Positions 8,016 through 18,403 of a DNA stretch of 64,000 nt are shown in pieces. This DNA is from an uncultured delta proteobacterium (GTDB taxonomy: Bacteria > Myxococcota_A > Polyangia > Polyangiales > Polyangiaceae), in assembly GCA_963716725.1 (NCBI GenBank), contig CAVQUB010000010.1, forward strand, positions 32,001 to 96,000, read 5' to 3'. Position 1 is the stretch's first letter. Every line of letters starts with the position of its first letter. The position numbers were made by a program, and so were the translations under genes. The notes beneath the pieces are model-generated. The model did no database searches, was not told the origin of the DNA, and saw nothing but the letters and a program-made list of their open reading frames with translations.

Positions 8016-10112
8016 ATGGCCGACGGCTGGCTTCTCACCATCAAACCGAGCTTTCTGCACGAGCTCGTGGCGCTCCCGGCGAAGGAGGGGGCGCAGGTTC
8101 AGAAGAAGCTCGAGCTGCTCACTGCGGATCCGCGTCCCGACGCGAAGGTCAAAAAGCAGCTGAAGCACATGGACGGGCGCCTCCATCGGATCCGCTCCGG
8201 TGACTACCGGATTCTCTACACCTTCGATGACCGCTATGTCAGCGTGCTCGCGCTGCGCAAACGTGATGAGCAGACCTACGCGGCGACACCCGAGGCAGAG
8301 TCTCTCGGTGCGGGCGATGTCTCCGGGATACACGACTCGCCGGCAGCGGCGGCGAACGTCGACGCTTGGCTCGAAGCCAATCCGCATCCAAAGCCGAAGG
8401 CACTGCCTCGACTCATCACCGGCGAGCTGCTCGAAGCGCTTCGTGTCCCCGCCGAGCATCACGCGCGCTTGCTGGCGATCCGCACCGAGGACGAGCTTCT
8501 CGACTGCGCCGAAGTCCCGGAGAAAATCCTAGAAAGGGTGCTCGACGGCGTGGTCGACCGGCCGCTCGATGACGTGGCGCGCCAGCCCGACCTCGTCATC
8601 GAGAGCACCGACGACTTGCTTCGCTACCGGCAGGGCGAGCTAATTGGTTTCTTGCTGCGCCTGAACCCCGAGCAAGAAAAGTTCGTCACGTGGTCGATTA
8701 GCGCGCGTGGCCCGACATTGTTGAAGGGCGGGCCTGGGACCGGTAAGAGCACGGTCGCATTGCACCGCGTGCGCGTCGTGCTGGATGCCCTGCGCGAGAC
8801 CGGCGTGGAGCAGCCGAGGATTCTGTTCACGACCTACACCAACGCCTTGGTGCGCTACTCGGAGCAGTTGCTTCGCTCGCTTTTGGGCGAAGATGTTGCG
8901 TGCGTCGAGGTCCGGACGGCCGACAGTGTCGCCATCGGCATCGCGCGGCGTGCAGGGGAAGAGCCACATTTGCTCGATGGCGGCGACCTTCGCAGCCTCG
9001 CGGAGCGCGCGCTGCGCGAGGTCAAGTTCGAAGGCAATGCCCTGGCTCAGAGGGCTCAGCGCGCGACGCTCGATCGCCTCGGCGTCGACTACGTTCTGGA
9101 AGAGATGCTCGACCTGATTGATGGTCGGGGCCTGCGCTCACTGGACGAGTACCTCGCCGCGCCACGCCCGGGCCGCGAGATGCCGCTCAATCGTACTCAG
9201 CGCGAGGCGGTTTGGCGCACGCATGCCAAGCTGCACGAGCTCATCGATGCGTCCCGCCGGACCACTTGGGCGGACGTGCGCTTGGCGGCGCTCAGCGCGC
9301 TGACCGACGGCCGGGTCAACGACCCATACGACGCAGTGCTGGTCGACGAGGCGCAGGATCTCTCCCCGTCCGCACTCGAAATCCTGGTGCGCTCGTGCCG
9401 CGAGCCGAATCGGCTGTTCCTCACCGCTGACGCGAATCAGTCCATCTATGGGGCGGGCTTTCGCTGGTCGGACGTGCACGAGTGGCTGAAGTTCCAAGGC
9501 CGCACCGGCGTGCTTCGGGCGAACCATCGGAGCACGCGCGAGATTGGTGAGGCTGCGGAATCCTTCCTGGCCGCCGGCGCGCTCGACGCGGAGCGGCAGG
9601 AGCCGGCGTACGTTCACTCGGGCCCTTTGCCGGCGGTCCGGGCGGTGGCGAGTGCCTACGACGAGGTCCAGCTCGTCGCGCGGTTTTTCCGCGGCGCGGT
9701 GCGAGACTTGCGCCTCGGGCTGTCGGCCTGCGCTGTCCTCTGCCCGACGAATACTGCCGCGCAGCGCGTGGCGGCCGAGCTAAATGGTCTCGGCATCGCG
9801 GCCCGCTTCATGTCGGCGAAAGAACTGGACGTTGGTGCTGCCGAGGTGAAGACGCTCACCTTGAAGTCCGCCAAAGGCCTCGAGTTCCCGGTCGTCGCGC
9901 TGGCCGGGTTTCTCGATGCGCCGTTTCCGCTCGTGCCTAAAGGCGCGACGGATGAGGCGCGCAAGGAAGTGGAAGAGCGCGAACGGCGGACGCTCTACGT
10001 TGCCATGAGCCGAGCGATGCGCGCGCTCTTGGTCGTCGAGCCCGACGAGCAGAGGTGCGGCCTGCTCGCGGGCTTTGACTCGAACCGATGGAATTTGGGA
10101 GTGGCTTCATGA
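8016..10112 (+). CDS. RelE/ParE-like domain fused to a UvrD/Rep (SF1) helicase
   Basis: N-terminal ~85 aa KQLK...LHRIRSGDYRILYTF...VLALRKR (RelE-like). Helicase motifs GGPGTGKS, VDEAQD, ADANQSIY, NHRS, SAKGLEF and LYVAMSRA. Confidence 0.85.
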   Translation: MADGWLLTIKPSFLHELVALPAKEGAQVQKKLELLTADPRPDAKVKKQLKHMDGRLHRIRSGDYRILYTFDDRYVSVLALRKRDEQTYAATPEAESLGAGDVSGIHDSPAAAANVDAWLEANPHPKPKALPRLITGELLEALRVPAEHHARLLAIRTEDELLDCAEVPEKILERVLDGVVDRPLDDVARQPDLVIESTDDLLRYRQGELIGFLLRLNPEQEKFVTWSISARGPTLLKGGPGTGKSTVALHRVRVVLDALRETGVEQPRILFTTYTNALVRYSEQLLRSLLGEDVACVEVRTADSVAIGIARRAGEEPHLLDGGDLRSLAERALREVKFEGNALAQRAQRATLDRLGVDYVLEEMLDLIDGRGLRSLDEYLAAPRPGREMPLNRTQREAVWRTHAKLHELIDASRRTTWADVRLAALSALTDGRVNDPYDAVLVDEAQDLSPSALEILVRSCREPNRLFLTADANQSIYGAGFRWSDVHEWLKFQGRTGVLRANHRSTREIGEAAESFLAAGALDAERQEPAYVHSGPLPAVRAVASAYDEVQLVARFFRGAVRDLRLGLSACAVLCPTNTAAQRVAAELNGLGIAARFMSAKELDVGAAEVKTLTLKSAKGLEFPVVALAGFLDAPFPLVPKGATDEARKEVEERERRTLYVAMSRAMRALLVVEPDEQRCGLLAGFDSNRWNLGVAS

Positions 10113-13100
10113 GTGAGAGTCCTGAGCGTATCGTCCTGTCGGGCGAGCTGACTGACGTAGGCTACGCCGAGCAGCTATCGGCGAGACTTCGTGCCGGCGC
10201 GTGCGAACTCGATTGGAGCGCAGTTACGCGGGTGACCGATCAGTTCGCGGATGCGCTCGTCACAGGACTCCGTGTCGACGACGTAGCGGACTCCATCGGC
10301 ACGAGCACGATGCGCGATGACCTTTCCGAGGTTCTGGGCGCCGCGTTCGAGCGAGCGCCTCACAGCCGAAGCCCCGGTGCCAGGGCTCGAACGAAGACGG
10401 CCAAGGACGATTCGGTTGCCGTCTGGTCCGCGCCGGCAGAAGCGGAGCCGCCTCCGAGCAGATCGCCGTCGTCTCCGGCTTCACGCCGGTCGCCGCGCCG
10501 CGCGCCGGTCCTCGTCACCGACGTTCCGTCTCCGGAAAAGTTGCGTGCGATGCTCGAGGAGCGTGTCGTCGCCGATCTCATGGGTCCAGCGGGTGGCCCA
10601 GACGAGGAGATCGTCGAGGGCAGCGTTCGCGACCGCTACTTGGTGGGCATGCTGGCGCCGCGGCGGGTGCGCATTGAACCGGAAGAAGTCGACGGCGTGG
10701 AAGCGGAGGAAGGCGCCGGGACCGACGACGGCGCCGGAGACTCGGGCACGATTTCTACGCCGACGATGTTTCCTTCGGCGGTTGGCTTGAGCTTCGTTGT
10801 TGGTGCCGACGCGCCCCCGCTGAAGGTCACGGCGCGTTGGGGTCGTTACCAGCGCCTTCCGAGTGAATCCGTGACCACCGAAACGGGAAAACCGCGACTC
10901 GTGTGGAAGCGCAACTCGATCGCAGCGGAGGTCGTCATTGAGGGCCTTCGCGAGGGCGCGTTGGGGCCGTTCCGAGTTGGCGGCGATCCCGACGACGTCG
11001 AAGCGCCAGCGCAGGTGCGAGGCATTGTCCGGCGGATCGGCGACGGGTTCGTCATCAGTCTCTTCCTGGTGAACAACCAGGACGAGCCCGAGGAGCGTCG
11101 CGACGCAGCATGGCTGTTTCAGCCGGAACTCAGCGTGGCCGCAATGGACGGGAGTGCGGTCTTTCTGTCACGGGCATTGGGCCAGTCCCCATCCACTGAG
11201 CTGGAGCCGCTCGCGGAGGACCGGCCGCTGGCGATGCTCTATCGCGATCGGCGTGAGCTCGCCGTCGGTCATGGCGCTGGCGTTCACGTCGACGCGGATC
11301 CGGCCGACCCACGCCGCGGTGTTCGCGTGGCGACCCGCGTGGTGCCCGCATCCGACGTGCTCCAACAGACGCCGCCGACCGTCGCAGAGGAGCCGCTCCT
11401 GGCCCAGATCGCGCACGACATGAAGGTGCTCGCGGACGCTACGCCTGCGGAGTTGATCGAACGGTTGCGAGAACTGCCGGATGCTTACGCGGCTTGGATT
11501 GCGGAGCAGCGCAAGCGCATCGGCGACCAGGCCTCGCGCTTGGAGGGGTTTGAAGGCGAGGCCAACGCGGCCCTCGATCAATGTGAGGCGACGCTGCTGC
11601 GGATGAGAGAAGGGCTCCACACGCTCGAGAACGATTCAAGAGCCAACGAGGCGTTCCGCTTCGCGAATCGGACGATGTGGCTTCAGCGCGTCCATACCGT
11701 GCTGGCTGAAGAGCGACGCCGAGGCAAGGACACGAAGCTCGTGGACGTCGACGTCCCCGAGAACCGTACCTGGCGTACCTTTCAGCTCGCGTTCATCCTC
11801 GTGAGCCTCGCGAGCGTAACGCGCCTCGATCACCCCGATCGCAATCACGCCACCGACGCCATCGCGGATCTGCTGTGGTTCCCCACCGGTGGCGGAAAGA
11901 CGGAGGCGTACCTCGGCCTGGCCGCGTACACGCTCGGGCTCCGGCGCCTTCAAGGCACCATCGAGGGAAGGTCGAGCGAGCACGGTGTGGCGGTCCTCAT
12001 GCGCTACACGCTGCGACTGCTGACCCTGCAGCAGTTCCAACGTGCCGCCGCGCTCATCTGCGCCTGCGAGTTACTCCGCTCGGAAGCCGAGCAGAGCGGT
12101 AACCCGATTTGGGGGCGCGAGCCGTTTCGAATCGGCCTTTGGGTCGGCGCGCGCAGCACACCCAACAAGACCGAGCACGCCGCCGAGGTGCTCAAACGCA
12201 CCCGCGATATTGGCTTCCGCCAAGGCAGCCGTGTGGGCGGCATGGGATCGCCCGTGCAGCTCAAGTCCTGCCCCTGGTGCGGGTCGGTGATCGAGCCTGG
12301 GCGCCACATGCGGGTCGAGTCCTTCGCCAGCGGCGCCGGGCGCACACTCATCTATTGCGGTGATCGGCTCGGAACGTGTCCCTTCTCACAGCGTCAGGCG
12401 CCCACCGAGGGACTGCCCGTGTTGGTCGTGGACGAAGAGATTTATCGTCGGCTTCCGTCGCTTCTCATTGCGACCGTAGACAAGTTCGCGCAGATGCCAT
12501 GGAACGGCGCGGTTCAGATGCTCTTCGGCCGCGTTCAGAGCCATTGCGACCGGCACGGGTTTGCGGCGCCCGAGTTGCGCGACACCGATCACAAGCGGCG
12601 TGGCGCCTTTCCCGCGACCAAGCTTCGCGATCACGATCCAGTCCGCCCGCCGGATTTGATCATTCAAGACGAGCTGCACCTAATCAGCGGGCCGCTCGGC
12701 ACGCTCACCGGACTGTACGAGGCCGCAGTGGACGCGCTGTGCGCCTGGACGGTGAATGGGCAAGTGGTGCGACCCAAAGTGATCGCTTCGACGGCGACGA
12801 TCCGGCGCGCGCGTCAGCAGATCCACGCCCTGTTTTTGCGCAAGGTCGAGGTCTTTCCACCACAGGGCCTCGACGCAGGAGACAACTTCTTCGCGCGACA
12901 GCGCCCGATCACGGAGCTAGCCGGGCGCCGCTACATCGGCATCTGCGCGCCGGGACGAAGGCTGAAGGCCGTCATCATGCGCGTCTACGTTGCATTATTG
13001 GCGGCGGCCGAGAGCCTCTACCAAACGTATGGCAAGCACGCTGATCCGTGGATGACCCTGGTGGGCTACTTCAGCTCGCTACGCGAGCTCGCCGGCACGC

Positions 13101-13990
13101 GGCGCCTCGTCGACGATGACATCTCGAACCGCGTGAAGAAGATGGATCGGCGCGGCCTCGCCAGCCGATACCTTTGGAGCCCGGAAGAGCTCACGTCGCG
13201 GCTCGACTCGACACAAATCCCCGAGCTGCTCGATCGCCTGGAAATCCCCTTCGATCCTGCCGAAGAAGACGACCGCAGTCGGCGCCGCCCGATCGACGTC
13301 CTATTGGCGACCAACATGGTTTCGGTCGGCGTCGACGTGCAGCGGCTCGGGTTGATGGTCGTGTCGGCCAGCCCAAGAACACCGCCGAGTACATCCAGGC
13401 CACGAGCCGCGTCGGCCGAGCGGCACCGGGCCTCGTCTGCACGATCTTCAACTGGGCACGGCCGCGCGACCTCTCGCACTACGAGACTTTCGAGCACTAC
13501 CACGAGACCTTCTACAACCAAGTCGAAGCGCTGATCGGTCACCCCGTTCGCCGCGCGCGCGCTCGACCGCGGTCTGAGCGCCGTGCTGGTATCACTCCTC
13601 CGCCTCACGCACGATCGACTCAATCCCAATGAGGCCGCCGCGCGCCTGACTCGTGACGACTCGCTCGTGAATGCCGCGCTCGACGCCATCGTGGCCCGTG
13701 CCGCGCGGGTAGAAAACAGCCAGGAGGTCGGCGAAGCGGTGCGTCGGTTGCTCGAGCGGCGTCTGGATGAATGGCTGGCCGATGCCGAGCCCAGGCCCGG
13801 CGGCGCCACCTTGTCGTACAAGGCGAAGCGCGACGGGACGTCTCGCCCCTTGCTCAAGCGCTCGGGTGCGGGGCCATGGGAGACGTTTACTTGCTTGAGC
13901 TCCTTGCGGGACGTCGAGCCCAGCGTCGACCTCGTTTTGACCGAGGGTAACCTGGACGACGACACGCGGCCGTTCACGAGGAAGTCGTAA
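10109..13990 (+). CDS. drmA: DISARM helicase DrmA, with two compensating single-base frameshifts (~13366 and ~13534)
   Basis: DRYLVGMLAP, WRTFQLAF, LLWFPTGGGKTEAY, MRYTLRLLTLQQFQR, ATVDKFA, IIQDELHLISGPLG and ATNMVSVGVDV. GQPKNTAEYIQATSRVGR...RPRDLSHYE continues in another frame and the original frame resumes at SVTPFAARALDRG. Stop overlaps the drmB start (TAATG). Confidence 0.88.
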
Positions 13991-15837
13991 TGACGAAGGC
14001 GCGCCTCGGCGAGCTTCGCCCGAGTCAGCTGCTCTACACCTACGGTGTCGGCGCAGTGGTGGACTTGCCGCACCTGTCCGTCATGGTGATGGGCATCGAG
14101 GATTGGGACGTGAACTACACGCGGCCGATCAACGAAGCGCGGCTGCTCGACCAAGTGCAACGGCGGCTCGGTCGTCAGGTCTCGAGCCTCCGGACGCCGC
14201 CGATGCGCGACGACGAGTCGGAAGGGTTCTTTGTGGCCCAGGACGACCACAACGCGGTCGGTGTTCCGGTAGCGTCCTTCCCGCGCTGGCTGCGTTGCCC
14301 AGCCTGTGAACTGCTCGCGCCCATCGGGTCCGGGCTCTTCCGCTTGCGCACTGTTCCTGCTCGGCCGGACCTCGCCAAGTACGTGCATAGCGGTTGCAAC
14401 CGTCGCCGCGAGCCAGCGGTTCTTCCGTCGCGCTTTCTGCTGGCGTGTGAGTCAGGGCATCTCGACGATTTTCCGTGGCATTGGTTCGTACACAGGGGCA
14501 AACCGTCCGACTGTCGCGGTCATCTCGAGTTGCGCGAGCTCGGCGTCTCGGGCGAAGCCGCCGACGTCGAGGTGCGGTGCCGCAACTGCGACGCCACCCG
14601 TCGCATGGTTGACGCCTTCGGGCGCGAAGGCCTCGCCAACCTCCCTGCCTGTCGTGGCCGCCGCCCACAGCTTCGCGACTTCGAGGACGAGCCGTGCGCG
14701 GCAGACCCCCGTACGATCTTGCTCGGCGCCTCGAACAGTTGGTTTCCAGTCACTCTCTCGACCCTGTTCGTCCCGTCTGCCGCGAAGGATGAACTCGGCG
14801 CGCTACTCCAAGAACACGCGACGCGGTTTGCGGGCATCGAAGACGTGGGCACCGTTCGCTATCTCCGGATGCAGGGGCTGATCGGTGCTTTCGCGAAGTA
14901 CACGGACGATCAGATTTGGGCAGGCCTGAATGCGCAGAAGGCCGCGGGCGAGGACGCCTCTGAGCAGGAAGACCTGAAGGAGCCCGAGTGGCGCGTGCTT
15001 TCGCGTCCTGATCCAGAGCTCAACGGCGCGGACTTTCAGCTCAGCGTGGTTCCGGTTCCTCGCAGCTACGCGCACTTCATCGAGAGCGTCGTCCTGGCCG
15101 AGCGCCTCAGGGCGGTTACTGCGCTGATCGGCTTCACGCGCATCGCATCCCCTCGAGACTTCGAGGAAGATGACGAGAGTCGCGGGAGCGTGGTCGCCAA
15201 GCTCGCGCGCGGCGAACCGCAGTTCGTCCCTGCGTCGGAAGTCCGCGGCGAAGGGGTCTTCATCCGCTTCCGCGAAGAGCAGATCGCCGGTTGGGTCGCT
15301 TCCCAGGCAGCCTGGGAAGACCGCTTCCGCGACGCTCATTTCGCCTGGCGGCGCCGTCGTTACATCGATCCGCCAGACGGTGGATTCCCTGGCATCCGGT
15401 TCATCCTGCTTCACTCGTTCGCCCACGCCTTGATGCGCGAGCTCGTGCTCGAGTGCGGCTACGGCGCGGCTAGCGTGCGTGAGCGAATCTACGCGCGCGA
15501 ACCCGAGGGCGACAAGCCGGCTATGGCCGGCGTCCTCATCTACACCGCCGCCCCGGACGCGGAGGGCACGCTGGGCGGCCTGGTCCGATTGGGCACGCCG
15601 GATGAGCTGGAGCGTCACATTCGACGAGCGCTTGAAGCGATGGCGCTCTGCTCTTCGGACCCGCTCTGCGCGGACCACGCCCCCGACGCGGACGGCGCGA
15701 CGCTCCACGGCGCGTCCTGTCACGCCTGTCTGTTCGCGCCGGAGACCTCATGCGAACGCGGCAACAAGTACCTGGACCGCACGACGTTGGTCGCCACCGT
15801 CTGCTCCGGCGAGCACGCATTCTTCTCGGGAAAATGA
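13990..15837 (+). CDS. drmB: DISARM DrmB (DUF1998 helicase-associated protein)
   Basis: GELRPSQLLYTYGVGAVVDLP, ACESGHLDDFPW, GEGVFIRF, LLHSFAHALMR, GTLGGL and C-terminal CSSDPLC...ASCHACLFAPETSCERGNKYLDR. Confidence 0.92.
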   Translation: MTKARLGELRPSQLLYTYGVGAVVDLPHLSVMVMGIEDWDVNYTRPINEARLLDQVQRRLGRQVSSLRTPPMRDDESEGFFVAQDDHNAVGVPVASFPRWLRCPACELLAPIGSGLFRLRTVPARPDLAKYVHSGCNRRREPAVLPSRFLLACESGHLDDFPWHWFVHRGKPSDCRGHLELRELGVSGEAADVEVRCRNCDATRRMVDAFGREGLANLPACRGRRPQLRDFEDEPCAADPRTILLGASNSWFPVTLSTLFVPSAAKDELGALLQEHATRFAGIEDVGTVRYLRMQGLIGAFAKYTDDQIWAGLNAQKAAGEDASEQEDLKEPEWRVLSRPDPELNGADFQLSVVPVPRSYAHFIESVVLAERLRAVTALIGFTRIASPRDFEEDDESRGSVVAKLARGEPQFVPASEVRGEGVFIRFREEQIAGWVASQAAWEDRFRDAHFAWRRRRYIDPPDGGFPGIRFILLHSFAHALMRELVLECGYGAASVRERIYAREPEGDKPAMAGVLIYTAAPDAEGTLGGLVRLGTPDELERHIRRALEAMALCSSDPLCADHAPDADGATLHGASCHACLFAPETSCERGNKYLDRTTLVATVCSGEHAFFSGK

Positions 15838-15838
15838 C

Positions 15839-16636
15839 GTGGACGCTCTGCTCGACGCCATTGTGAAGCTCGCTCGGGACCTGCCAAGCGAGACGGTGGA
15901 GGCGTTGGCGGTGGCGGTGTCGCGCGCCCTGGACTCAGCGCAAGCGGGCCGCCTGGCAAGCGCGGTGGTCACGGCGCCGGCGGCTCAGGAGCGCGTGCGA
16001 CGACTGCTCGCACTATGGCTCCCGGGGGTCTCCGGTGCTTCGGTCGCCCTGGCGCTTCGAAGCGCGACCCGAATGGACAGCCACCACCGTGCGCGCCACC
16101 ACGTCGAGCTCGTGTGGACTGGACCGGTTCCTCCGGGCACGAGCTTCCGCCGCTCCGACCAGGTCCTGCTCGAGATGGTCCGCGAGGCGCGGCAACGGAT
16201 CACGATCGTGAGCTTCGCGACCTATCGAGTCCCGACGGTCCACGTCGAGTTGCTCGCGGCGGCGAAGCGCGGTGTCGACGTCTTATTCATCGTCGAGTCT
16301 GGGCGGGAGAGTGATGGGCGCGTGAACATCGACCCCCTGCACGCGCTCGGTCCCGATCTCGGCCCGGCGTCGCGGGTCTACGTCTGGCCGAGGGAGAAGC
16401 GCCCCACGGACGAAAACGGGAACTTCGGCCTACTTCACGCGAAGTGCGCGATCGCCGATGGAAAGCGACTCTTGGTCTCGAGCGCGAATTTCACGGCGGC
16501 GGCGTTGGAGAAGAACATGGAGCTGGGGGTGCTGATCGAGGGCGGGGATGTTCCGGGCGCGGTGGAGGGGCACTGGGAGGGGCTGGCGCGGGATGGGGCA
16601 CTGCGGCTGCTAGAGGGCGGGGTTCGTCATGGATGA
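15839..16636 (+). CDS. drmC: DISARM DrmC phospholipase D-family nuclease
   Basis: VELVWTGP and HKD motif LHAKCAIAD...SSANFT...NMELG. GTG start 1 nt after the drmB stop. Confidence 0.9.
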   Translation: MDALLDAIVKLARDLPSETVEALAVAVSRALDSAQAGRLASAVVTAPAAQERVRRLLALWLPGVSGASVALALRSATRMDSHHRARHHVELVWTGPVPPGTSFRRSDQVLLEMVREARQRITIVSFATYRVPTVHVELLAAAKRGVDVLFIVESGRESDGRVNIDPLHALGPDLGPASRVYVWPREKRPTDENGNFGLLHAKCAIADGKRLLVSSANFTAAALEKNMELGVLIEGGDVPGAVEGHWEGLARDGALRLLEGGVRHG

Positions 16637-18377
16637 CGAACCGGTCGAGGAACTGGCCGCGGCGTATCGGCTCGAAGTGGGGCGCGTGCGCCAGGTTCGC
16701 GAGCAGACGCTGATTGAGGCGCTCGGCGAAATCGCGGCACTTCGCACCGGGCACCAGCTTGCCGTTCGACCGTTGGCGAAGCGGGTCCTGGAGGCAGTTG
16801 TGGCCCACACCGAGGAGGCTGTGGACACGCTGATCGACGCACACTTCCGCGCCGGCGAGCGTGACGCCGGACTGATAGGGGAGAGGATCCAAAAGGAGTT
16901 TCTGAATGCCGCGTTGGGGTCTCCGCCGGCGCACGCCCTGTTCAGCGCGCGAGGTGTACAAGGCGCGCCAGTGGCCGGTCTCGCGGACCAACACGCCTCG
17001 GCCTGTCAGTCGCAACTGGGCAGAATTTCGCGCGCAGTGCGCGACCGCGCGCTTGTTCGACGATCGCTCGCGGGGCCGCGCCCATCGAACGTGAAATTGC
17101 CGCCGGGCTGGCCGACCAAGTATGAGTTTCTCGAGCCGTTGGGTGTTGGCGGATTCGCGCGGGTCTTCTCCGCGCGGGACCCCGAGGGAAACTACGTGGC
17201 AATCAAGCTGCCCGACCCCGATGATGGCGCCAGGAGGCGAGGGTTGCGTGAGATCGACGCGCTCAAGGAGCTGGCGAACCCAAACATTATCAGGCTGATC
17301 GACCACGCGGACGACGGAACCTGGTTCGCGATGCCGCGGGCTGAAGCCAAACTGGATGTCGTCGCAGATCTTGCGCGGATCGACGGCTCGAAGCTCGCGG
17401 AAATTGTTCAGGCAATTGCGGACGCCCTGCACCACGCGCACATCGAGGGCTTTCTGCACCGCGACTTGTCCCCATCGAACGTCTTGCGAGTGGACGACCG
17501 TTGGGTTGTCGCTGACTGGGGGTTGGCCAAGCTCCCGCCGGAATTCAGTCACTCGGCGATGACAAAGAGCGGCTTGGGCACGGCGCCTTGGGCTTCGCCA
17601 GAGGTGCTTTCGAGTCCGAACACGGCTGATCAACGGTCCGACCTCTTTAGCCTGGGCCGCATCGTCGGCTGGCTAGTCGCGGGTCAAACCCCGGAAGTGA
17701 ACAGGCCGACTGTCATGTTGCCAACAAGTCCTTGGTACGAGTTTGTTCGCACCGCGACGCAGTTCAGCCCAGGAGATCGGCCGGCGAGCATCGTCGAGCT
17801 GATGAACCTGGTCCCTCGAGGGGTCGAGTCCGTCGCTGCACGGCCAATCGCCATCACCGAGTTCTCGCAACTCTTGTGGACGATTCACATGTCGGAAGGC
17901 AACCCGACTTCACTTATCGTCGCTTACGCGGGCCACGGCTCGGAGATCGAACGGTTAGCGCTGGCTTCTCCGATCCCTGAAGTCGAGAGGCTGGCGATGA
18001 GCGTCACCCTTGGGCGCGCTGCGGACCAGATCGCCGAGCACGTCGTGGCGCGCATGCCGATGCTTGCGGTCGCGGCGGGCGGAGGACGCGCTTTGGTGCC
18101 CGCCAAAGTCGTCGAGCATGCAACCCGGGTCCTGATTTTCAGCGACAGCGGGCGCGCTGCCGAAACCTCGTCGATTCGGTGGACTCGTGAGGAGCACTAC
18201 CCCGGTGGGGGATATCAGGCCCCAACTGGGGAGATCCCGATGTCCGAGTTCGTCCCTGAGCTGATGGAGTGCGTCCGCGTCCTTGACGCTGAAGCTGCGT
18301 CGCTCGCGACGCAGGCCATCAAGGACGCCCGCGAGCGGAATTGGTCGGTGCACGAAAAGGCAAGCGATCGCGACTGA
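16629..18377 (+). CDS. Soluble Ser/Thr protein kinase with unknown N- and C-terminal domains
   Basis: LGVGGFARV, VAIK, HRDLSPSN, DWGLAK, GTAPWASPE and DLFSLG. No TM segment. Overlaps the drmC stop by 8 nt. Confidence 0.85.
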   Translation: MDDEPVEELAAAYRLEVGRVRQVREQTLIEALGEIAALRTGHQLAVRPLAKRVLEAVVAHTEEAVDTLIDAHFRAGERDAGLIGERIQKEFLNAALGSPPAHALFSARGVQGAPVAGLADQHASACQSQLGRISRAVRDRALVRRSLAGPRPSNVKLPPGWPTKYEFLEPLGVGGFARVFSARDPEGNYVAIKLPDPDDGARRRGLREIDALKELANPNIIRLIDHADDGTWFAMPRAEAKLDVVADLARIDGSKLAEIVQAIADALHHAHIEGFLHRDLSPSNVLRVDDRWVVADWGLAKLPPEFSHSAMTKSGLGTAPWASPEVLSSPNTADQRSDLFSLGRIVGWLVAGQTPEVNRPTVMLPTSPWYEFVRTATQFSPGDRPASIVELMNLVPRGVESVAARPIAITEFSQLLWTIHMSEGNPTSLIVAYAGHGSEIERLALASPIPEVERLAMSVTLGRAADQIAEHVVARMPMLAVAAGGGRALVPAKVVEHATRVLIFSDSGRAAETSSIRWTREEHYPGGGYQAPTGEIPMSEFVPELMECVRVLDAEAASLATQAIKDARERNWSVHEKASDRD

Positions 18378-18403
18378 TCGTTTAGAAGGGGCCGCAGCCG
18401 GTT

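Noticed and set aside
2..16636. BREX or Druantia assignment
   Set aside because: No PglZ/BrxC motifs. A helicase followed by separate DUF1998 and PLD genes fits DISARM drmABC.
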